From NCBI GenBank assembly GCA_016927995.1, contig JAFGLO010000008.1, forward strand, positions 2,074 through 66,073: a stretch of 64,000 nt of DNA, in the 5' to 3' direction. Below are positions 58,031 through 64,000 of the stretch, in pieces. The number at the start of each line of letters is the position of its first letter. Position 1 is the stretch's first letter. Source of the stretch: Candidatus Dojkabacteria bacterium (GTDB taxonomy: Bacteria > Patescibacteriota > Dojkabacteria > JAFGLO01). Below the pieces are notes generated by a model that was not told the origin of the DNA, searched no databases, and worked only from the letters and a program-made list of their open reading frames with translations. Position numbers and translations under genes: made by a program.

Positions 58031-59068
58031 TTGATCATATTTAATCCTATATATGCGTTAACTAATAATGTTTTAATAAATGTTCGACTAATCGGTATTT
58101 TGATTGGTGACTTAAACAGCAGGCTTGTTCCAACTCAAACATATATTAGGTTTGAACGTGAGGCACGGTGTTTGTCCTCATACTCGTCCACCAAGATAGA
58201 AGGAAATCCTTTGCCATTAACGGTAGTCAAAAAACTTATCAAGCAAAATCCCGTAAGTAAAAAGACCAATGAGATAGAGATTCTGAATTACAATCGAGCA
58301 CTTAAGTTTTTGCATAAGCAGATCAAATCACAGACACGGCTTAAGCTTACCACCAAATTTATTTGTGATGTCCACGCAATTGTTGTCAAGTCGCTTTTGC
58401 TTAGGGAAAAGGGGTATCGTACAGAACCTGTAATTGTTAACGATCCTGCCACTGGCCATGTAATTTATTACCCACCTGATCACAAAGACGTTGTCAAGTT
58501 GATGGACGAGCTACTTCAGTTCGTAAATGCTAACGTTGGCTGTATAGATCCGTTACTGCTTGCGGCGATTTTTCATAAACGATTCGTGATTATTCATCCG
58601 TTTGTTGATGGGAATGGAAGAACGGCACGGCTTATAACAACATTTATTTTGGCAAAACTCGGGCTTAATATGTTTAACATTTTCAGCTTCGAAAATTTTT
58701 ATAATAAAAATCTCTCGGAATATTTCGGATATATTGGTGTACTGGGTGACTATTACGATCTAAAGGATCAGATAGATTATACAGAATGGATAGACTTTTT
58801 TACAGAAGGAATAATTGACGAGTTAACTAGAGTTAAGACCTTGATTAGCACAGGGTTTAATCGACTTGGGTCTCATCTTAGGAAGCTTTTAGATTACATA
58901 AGCGAGTACGGTTCGATTAGCTCTTCGGAGTATGCAAAGTTGAGTAGGCGTAAGCGATCTACCAGAATTAATGATTTTAAGAAGTTGGTTGCGCTTGGCT
59001 TAATTAAGCGAATTGGTGAGAAGAAAGGCGCTTATTACGTGTTGGCCAATTCGACAACTGCTTCTTAA
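58031..59068 (+). CDS. Fic/DOC family protein (AMPylation-type Fic motif) with C-terminal winged-helix domain
   Basis: 345 aa. Canonical Fic motif HPFVDGNGRTARL. C-terminal wHTH-like region (EYGSISSSEYAKLS...INDFKKLVALGLIKRIGEKKGAYYVL). Confidence 0.8.
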   Translation: MIIFNPIYALTNNVLINVRLIGILIGDLNSRLVPTQTYIRFEREARCLSSYSSTKIEGNPLPLTVVKKLIKQNPVSKKTNEIEILNYNRALKFLHKQIKSQTRLKLTTKFICDVHAIVVKSLLLREKGYRTEPVIVNDPATGHVIYYPPDHKDVVKLMDELLQFVNANVGCIDPLLLAAIFHKRFVIIHPFVDGNGRTARLITTFILAKLGLNMFNIFSFENFYNKNLSEYFGYIGVLGDYYDLKDQIDYTEWIDFFTEGIIDELTRVKTLISTGFNRLGSHLRKLLDYISEYGSISSSEYAKLSRRKRSTRINDFKKLVALGLIKRIGEKKGAYYVLANSTTAS

Positions 59069-59136
59069 GGATCTTGCACATTTTCAGAAACTTAAATCGC
59101 TTTATTTTGATAACAGGGAATTGTTTAAGCTGCATT

Positions 59137-59394
59137 TTAAGAAGTCGAATTAACTAGCAACTCCTTTTCCTGCTTAGAGAGCTGTTTTATTTCGAGTTCC
59201 CGCTTACTGGCCGTTGACCTATCTTTTGCTTTCTCTGTGTAAACTAAGCGGAAGGGGAGCCTTGAGGCTACATATTTTGAACCCTTACCTGACTTGTGAG
59301 TTGCCAGTCTGGCGGGAAGATCCTTGGCAATACCTGTGTACAAGGTTCTATCGGCACATTTTAGTATGTAGATTGTGTAAATAAATACAGTATA
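59137..59394 (-). CDS. GIY-YIG nuclease superfamily protein (UPF0213-like), start codon unclear
   Basis: The track ORF starts at TTG 59343 ([24 protein letters not shown]...). The GIY-YIG N-terminal strand ([17 protein letters not shown]) continues in-frame upstream to a TGA at 59395-97, with no ATG/GTG. A non-canonical start is therefore likely. Confidence 0.6.
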   Translation of the reverse strand, partial: YTVFIYTIYILKCADRTLYTGIAKDLPARLATHKSGKGSKYVASRLPFRLVYTEKAKDRSTASKRELEIKQLSKQEKELLVNSTS

Positions 59395-59503
59395 TCAGTA
59401 GGTAGTGAAGTAGTGAAAGAGTCGAACGGTCCGCTGACGGTTTTGGTGAGATGTAATTTGCTTTATCACAAAGGTAAAAACTGTTTATATTTAGGTTGGA
59501 AAA

Positions 59504-59512
59504 TGGTATAAT
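59504..59512 (+). promoter_or_regulatory. extended -10 element (TGGTATAAT) upstream of ssrA
   Basis: TGGTATAAT lies 10 nt upstream of the mature tmRNA 5' end. A TTTAGGTTGGA region 17-18 bp upstream may serve as the -35. Confidence 0.4.
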
Positions 59513-59521
59513 ACCAGTAGC

Positions 59522-59931
59522 GGGGATGAATGGCTTAGACGGGAATGATCTAAGCTAACTTCACGCGGTAAAAAGTGCCCCGACTTGTCGGGGATTACAA
59601 AAATGCCAACAATTTCGTAAACCGCTTTGTTGCTGGAGTTAAGACTCTTCTTAGCCCACAACTAGCGTACGCTGCTTAATTGCGCGTATGCGGAATGTGA
59701 CACTTGCCAGTGGGTAACGCATTCTGCAGTTTAATAGCACTGGTACACTTTTCCTTTGCTGTAAGTCCGGCAAAGTTTTGGTGTTAAAACAATTAGGGCT
59801 TGTTTAGCTAAAAGGCTTCTTTCCGGTCTTTTACTTTTGGCTAAACTGGCGAAATAGACCGGATAGTTACCGTAATTCGGGAAGTTAAGCTTCATTTTCG
59901 GACAGGGGTTCGATACCCCTCATCTCCACCA
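59522..59931 (+). ncRNA. ssrA: transfer-messenger RNA (tmRNA, SsrA), ~410 nt with encoded CCA
   Basis: 5' GGGGATG pairs with 3' CATCTCC-A-CCA to give a 7 bp acceptor stem with the G3:U70 alanine identity wobble. T-arm AGGGG-TTCGATA-CCCCT. Internal tag ORF in frame ...AAG ACT CTT CTT AGC CCA CAA CTA GCG TAC GCT GCT TAA (…KTLLSPQLAYAA-stop). smpB is present in the same window. Confidence 0.8.
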
Positions 59932-59952
59932 CTTAGTAGATACTTCTTTATC

Positions 59953-60098
59953 GAGGGGTGTCGAACCGTTCCCTATTAAAGCTCCTAGCGGATAGAGCTT
60001 CCCCTCATCTCCATATCTTGATACCTCTCACGAGAGGGGTATCGAACAGTTCTTGTTAAAGCCCCCTAGTGGATGGGGCTTCCCCTCATCTCGACCAA
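59953..60098. repeat. two tandem ~80 bp modules built from inverted and direct copies of the ssrA 3' end (T-arm/acceptor)
   Basis: Module 1 (59953-60017): GAGGGGTGTCGAACCGTTCCC (inverted T-arm-like), hairpin GCTC-ctagcggata-GAGC, then CTTCCCCTCATCTCCA (direct acceptor-like). Module 2 (60033-60098): GAGAGGGGTATCGAACAGTTC (contains the exact 13-mer TTCGATACCCCTC inverted), hairpin GCCCC-ctagtggat-GGGGC, then CTTCCCCTCATCTCGA. Confidence 0.6.
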
Positions 60099-60183
60099 AC
60101 TGGAATAACCTTTTTTAAGTGCTGAAATTACCGTATAGGTAGTACATAATTATCTGGTTCATAATCCTATTTCTGGATGGTAT

Positions 60184-61017
60184 TCAGTCTTTATATATCA
60201 TTCCTTCTAGTTTGTTGAAACTTGTTAATTTTGTTTGAGCTTCTTTTTCGAGCTTTGATTCAATTCTAGAGTATTTCCTGTCTTTTCCCCATTCAAGTCT
60301 CGTAGATTGAGTATAAATTTTATTTCCCATTAAGAATTGTTTTTGTAGTGCTCTTTTTTTATGTAAGTCTCTCTTATATTTTTTTATTCCTATTAATAAA
60401 TCTTTGTAAACCATTTGTGGGCAAAGATAAAATACGTAATGAATACTATTTTTCTTGTCCGCTATAATGTTTATATGGAGATGTTTATTTTTTATTCTCT
60501 CAAATGTTTCTGTGTTATCTAGTTTATCCAACTCTGTGTAAAGAACTCCAAAGATCAGTTCGGAAAGGTTATATTTTGTCCAAATTCCATCCTTCTTCGG
60601 ATCGGTTGGAAAATGCTTGTAATACTTCGGTCTGAATAAGTGTATATGGCCATTCCTATAAGTGTCCCAAATAAGTTCGAAATATTGTGAGTAAAGTGGA
60701 GGAAAGTATATTTCGAAAAATTTCTTTACACTTAATTCTGGCTTAATGTCATTCAAAGTGCATACGTGTAACCTTCGACTTTTCTTCTCAATGTAACTTT
60801 CTGTTTGAAGAGTTTTGGTTGACTTATATGGAAATGATACTTTGCCAATAATCTCACATATTTGAAGACATGATTGAGATTGAAGAAAATTGGGTGAATT
60901 CCCTTTCTCGTCTTTACATCGCAGGATCTTCTCGAGATCGCTAACTGATAACTTTAACCAGTGAAAGAATGGGTAATTTTTGAGAAAAATTTTTCTACTC
61001 ATACAATAATTATACAT
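60184..61017 (-). CDS. hypothetical protein (AT-rich gene adjacent to ssrA repeat modules)
   Basis: 277 aa, Lys/Tyr/Phe-rich, no motif recognised. Visibly more AT-rich than flanking housekeeping genes. Confidence 0.4.
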   Translation of the reverse strand: MYNYCMSRKIFLKNYPFFHWLKLSVSDLEKILRCKDEKGNSPNFLQSQSCLQICEIIGKVSFPYKSTKTLQTESYIEKKSRRLHVCTLNDIKPELSVKKFFEIYFPPLYSQYFELIWDTYRNGHIHLFRPKYYKHFPTDPKKDGIWTKYNLSELIFGVLYTELDKLDNTETFERIKNKHLHINIIADKKNSIHYVFYLCPQMVYKDLLIGIKKYKRDLHKKRALQKQFLMGNKIYTQSTRLEWGKDRKYSRIESKLEKEAQTKLTSFNKLEGMIYKD

Positions 61018-61276
61018 TAAAATTAGTTATATTCTGACTCTTTAATCAAAAAGAAATATGGGGTAGAGGTTTACGGAGGCTCTTTGTTAAAGTAATAATT
61101 AAGGAAGCTATATCGTTTCAAAGAGAATTTCCTTCTTGGGTTTGGATAGTTCGGACCCTCTAAAGAAATTTCCTGAGTTTATGACACCCTCAGACTTACG
61201 TGAGTATGCAAAGCAATTTTCACAAGTTACCGAGTGAAGCTGGTTACAAGCTTTTTCTTAAGTAGTATAATGGCGT

Positions 61277-61681
61277 ATGTGGAAATGTCCGAAGTGTAAA
61301 AGAGAATTTGCCAAAGAAAATCAGAGCCATTCGTGTGTTAGCTACCCAATAGAGAATCATTTTAAGAATAAGGATACTGCCAAACGGCTTTTTGACGCAT
61401 TGGTAAAAAAGATCACCAAGGAAATTGGTCCCGTAAAAATAGAATCATTGCCTTGTTGTATTCATCTTGTTAGTGACTATACTTTTGGAGCCGTCTGGGC
61501 GTTGAAAGATAGAATTAGAATTGATCTACGGGTTGATTATCCTCTTAAGAACATTGCTTTTTATAAAGAAGTTCAGATGTCCGCCAATAGATATCTGTAT
61601 TTTTTTGAGTTTAAGGATGAAGCCGATATTACTCCTCAGATTATGAAATTGCTAAAGGAATCTTACTTTCTAAATAAATAG
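61277..61681 (+). CDS. small protein with N-terminal CxxC...C zinc-ribbon-like motif, hypothetical
   Basis: 134 aa. MWKCPKCKREFAKENQSHSC, then a mixed alpha/beta region. No family assigned. Confidence 0.45.
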   Translation: MWKCPKCKREFAKENQSHSCVSYPIENHFKNKDTAKRLFDALVKKITKEIGPVKIESLPCCIHLVSDYTFGAVWALKDRIRIDLRVDYPLKNIAFYKEVQMSANRYLYFFEFKDEADITPQIMKLLKESYFLNK

Positions 61682-61822
61682 CTGCATAAAGAGTATCACG
61701 GGATAATCGGTGAGATATATTAACCTATGCGGCAGGAGGTTCAGGCTCTTCATTTAAACTCACTGTAGCCTTATTAAGGATTTTGACAGCCTGCTCACAA
61801 ATATCGGGGACATTTAGTGCAG

Positions 61823-62620
61823 TTAAGTATCCAAGGTCATTATGAAAGACAATTCCTCATATCCATAAACATTAAAAACAGATGGAGGATATTTTGATAC
61901 AGAAGTTGCTTTTAATAGCGGTGTTGTGCTTTCAGTAGATACAGGTTCAAGAGATAGTTGTACTTCCGGTATACAGTTTAGTAAATCAGAGAGTCTGTTT
62001 TGTATAAGGTGTATTAATCCGTTTATGGTAGATAGAGTTTCGGTAACACTTGCAGCGTTAAATTTCTCAATTTTGTAAAAGAGACCCACAAGAGAGGAGA
62101 AGAGTTCGGGATTTTCGTATGATCCATGCCCTTTGTGAACATGTATAAATCTGTCGGGTGATACACAGCAAGAAAATACTGAATTATCAGTCAGGGGGCG
62201 TGTGTGAGCGAATTTATCTGAGTCCGGTATGCCAGCCTTATATACACTAATCTGAAATGGTGAATCGGGCAATCTTGTTATTCTAAAAATATATTTAACA
62301 TTATCTAAGGACACATGCAGGTCAACAGCCGCTTCTGTGACTGCTTCTGTACTATCGTATTGCACCGTTTTTGATGTACATGTTCCAATCACTCTATAGG
62401 TTAGAACACTCTCTGGGTTGGGTTCCATTAATAAAAGATCACAATTCTCCGTAGTTATTGTACGTGGATGAGCTTCCCCATTATTTCCAGTTTGGATTGT
62501 TTGTTGATAATTTCCTGGAGTTACTCTCCCAATAATGGTTGGTAAGGATAAAAGTTCTATTAAGAACCTAGTTTGAGAACATAATTCTTCAGTCATTGAA
62601 TGACATTCTGTCTTTGCCAT
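61823..62620 (-). CDS. hypothetical protein
   Basis: 265 aa intact ORF, no TM, no motif recognised. Confidence 0.4.
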   Translation of the reverse strand: MAKTECHSMTEELCSQTRFLIELLSLPTIIGRVTPGNYQQTIQTGNNGEAHPRTITTENCDLLLMEPNPESVLTYRVIGTCTSKTVQYDSTEAVTEAAVDLHVSLDNVKYIFRITRLPDSPFQISVYKAGIPDSDKFAHTRPLTDNSVFSCCVSPDRFIHVHKGHGSYENPELFSSLVGLFYKIEKFNAASVTETLSTINGLIHLIQNRLSDLLNCIPEVQLSLEPVSTESTTPLLKATSVSKYPPSVFNVYGYEELSFIMTLDT

Positions 62621-62751
62621 GTGGTTGGAGGAGTTATTTGGTTAGTAACGTAATAATATAGGGTATTATAACACCCCGTAGTATACAAAACAAGGCAAAA
62701 GCATGGATAGGGGCAGGTTACAAACACCTCTCTACACTGTATAATGATTGT

Positions 62752-64000
62752 ATGGCAAAATCCAAGGTAAAAGACTTGTTTTTAGTAATCGATGGAAACT
62801 CACTTTTCTTTCGAGCATATTACGCATATCCACAAACATTATCAACGGCTGATGGCACAATCGTAAACGCAGTGTACGGATTTATGACAATGTTTTTTAA
62901 AGCAATTGAAACATATAAACCACGCTATCTTGCAATAGCCTTTGATTACGATAGGGTGACTTTTAGAAAGGCCAAGATTGCATATTACAAAGCCCAGCGA
63001 AAAGAAACCGACGCATCACTTATTGAACAATATCCTTACCTGTTTGACATTCTTGATGCATTCAATATTCCAATGTATAGGGAAAAGGGTTTCGAGGCCG
63101 ATGATTTTTTAGGAACATTTGCAGAAAAATTTGAAAATGGCGGATTTATCAAGAAGTTAGACGGTGTAGAGACGGGTTTTCAACCTGTCCACGGAACCGT
63201 CACCAAACCCGCCAAGATGCTACTTGTAACAGGCGACAAAGACTTAAAACAGGCTGTATCGACAAAGGTTGATATGCTTTACATAACCGGTACATTTAAA
63301 AACCAAAAAATAATAACTGTAGACAACTTTAAGTCAGAATATAACTTTGAGCCACAATACTTTGATGACTATCTTGCAATTTGTGGAGACTCGTCGGATA
63401 ACATTCCGGGAGTAAAAGGAATAGGTCAGAAAGGCGCTCGTGAACTTGTTGAAAAATTCGGAAGCCTTGAAAATATGTACGAAAATATAGAGAAGGTAAA
63501 CGAATTTAACCCACGTTACGCAAAACTTTTAGTCGATAGCCAGCAGGAATCATACGAAAGTAAATTTCTAACTACACTTGAAACGTCTCTTGATATTGAC
63601 CTGTCGTGGCAAAATTATCTTGTGGATGATATTGATCCGGTAAAGGCGAGAAAAAAACTTCAATCATTTGGATTTAGAAGTCTTTTGGGTTCACTTGAGA
63701 ACATACTTAAGCTTTACAACATAAATGAAAATATAGATATAGAGGACTTTTCAGGGACAACAGGATACAAATTTGTTTCATATGATACGTGGTTAAAGCA
63801 ATTTGACCCCCAAAAGCCTGTGTCGATTGGGGTCATTGGCGGATCCGAACCTGCCGTTGTAGCAAATTCACTTTTTGACCAAAAGAAAGAGCCGAGATTA
63901 ACGTTTTGGGCCTGTCAAGATAAGAAAGTCACGTACAGTAGTGAAATAGTGAAACAGTTAAGTAGTGGAGTAGTTAAACAACTGGGTGGTGGAACGGTAA
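62752..64000 (+). CDS. polA: DNA polymerase I, N-terminal 5'-3' exonuclease (FEN) domain; continues beyond window
   Basis: ATG at 62752. DLFLVIDGNSLFFRAYYAYPQ...TADGTIVNAVYGFMTMFFKAI...YLAIAFD...YKAQRKETD, then the H3TH region LAICGDSSDNIPGVKGIGQKGARELVEKFGSLENMYENIE. The reading frame is open to the window end and is absent from the ORF track only because there is no stop. Confidence 0.85.
   Translation, partial: MAKSKVKDLFLVIDGNSLFFRAYYAYPQTLSTADGTIVNAVYGFMTMFFKAIETYKPRYLAIAFDYDRVTFRKAKIAYYKAQRKETDASLIEQYPYLFDILDAFNIPMYREKGFEADDFLGTFAEKFENGGFIKKLDGVETGFQPVHGTVTKPAKMLLVTGDKDLKQAVSTKVDMLYITGTFKNQKIITVDNFKSEYNFEPQYFDDYLAICGDSSDNIPGVKGIGQKGARELVEKFGSLENMYENIEKVNEFNPRYAKLLVDSQQESYESKFLTTLETSLDIDLSWQNYLVDDIDPVKARKKLQSFGFRSLLGSLENILKLYNINENIDIEDFSGTTGYKFVSYDTWLKQFDPQKPVSIGVIGGSEPAVVANSLFDQKKEPRLTFWACQDKKVTYSSEIVKQLSSGVVKQLGGGTV

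Noticed and set aside
59931-60098. Second tRNA or tmRNA gene downstream of ssrA
   Set aside because: The T-arm-like pieces are present only as short inverted or direct fragments, with no complete acceptor/D/anticodon architecture. They are interpreted as repeats derived from the ssrA 3' end, not as genes.
1-64000. Alternative genetic code (UGA=Gly code 25 or UGA=Trp code 4), as found in some CPR lineages
   Set aside because: Long ORFs with recognisable full-length homologs (infB, nusA, metG, dnaG, yidC) terminate at sensible positions under code 11, and TGA occurs as an apparent stop (e.g. upstream of the GIY-YIG frame). There is no sign of in-frame TGA inside conserved domains.

Overview
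This 64 kb window is low-GC (~38-40%) and densely coding. It reads like a compact, reduced genome, possibly from a Patescibacteria/CPR-like lineage. That assignment is an inference from gene content only and could not be tested here. Standard genetic code 11 fits, since TGA appears as a stop. The provided ORF track treats TTG and GTG starts as M, so several true starts are internal or non-canonical.

About 60 CDS are supported. Housekeeping genes include smpB, the rpmH-rnpA-yidC-jag cluster, divergent rplY, nusA-infB, metG, ksgA/rsmA, dnaG, an AspRS/AsnRS-type ligase, an FtsB-like protein, an XerD-like recombinase, yidD and the 5' part of polA. A UvrD-type helicase is fused to a C-terminal RecB/Cas4-type nuclease. 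Between these sit many membrane-anchored or secreted proteins, a GT4-UDG-GT2-ligase-like envelope-glycan cluster, and an array of three paralogous small two-helix proteins read as VirB2/TrbC-like pilin candidates.

RNA genes are a tRNA (anticodon UAU) at 33015-33088(-) and a tmRNA (ssrA) at 59522-59931(+), the latter showing the G3:U70 alanine identity pair and an encoded CCA.

The main items worth a second look:
- Two tandem ~80 bp modules built from direct and inverted copies of the ssrA 3' end lie just downstream of ssrA. They look like att-site remnants or tRNA-like structures. Fic and GIY-YIG genes lie upstream of ssrA, and three unrecognised ORFs lie downstream of it, suggesting an accessory island.
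- A G10 homopolymer sits inside the 5' end of a Tat-signal secreted protein gene and is a candidate phase-variation switch.
- Two perfect tandem DnaA boxes plus degenerate ones lie in a 600 bp gap between convergent gene ends.
- A ~320 bp MITE-like element with 23 bp perfect terminal inverted repeats sits upstream of metG.
- The tRNA and its 3' flank are duplicated in tandem, with one copy decayed.
- A Lon-homologous AAA+ module lacks the protease domain and carries a Q/S/T-rich insert.
- A PIN-domain toxin candidate has its conserved N-terminal motif upstream of any canonical start, with a small overlapping upstream ORF and a palindromic operator.
- A ~120-134 bp tandem repeat and a dispersed GTGAARTAGTGAAR motif family recur in intergenic regions and once in-frame inside polA.

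No CRISPR array and no rRNA were seen.
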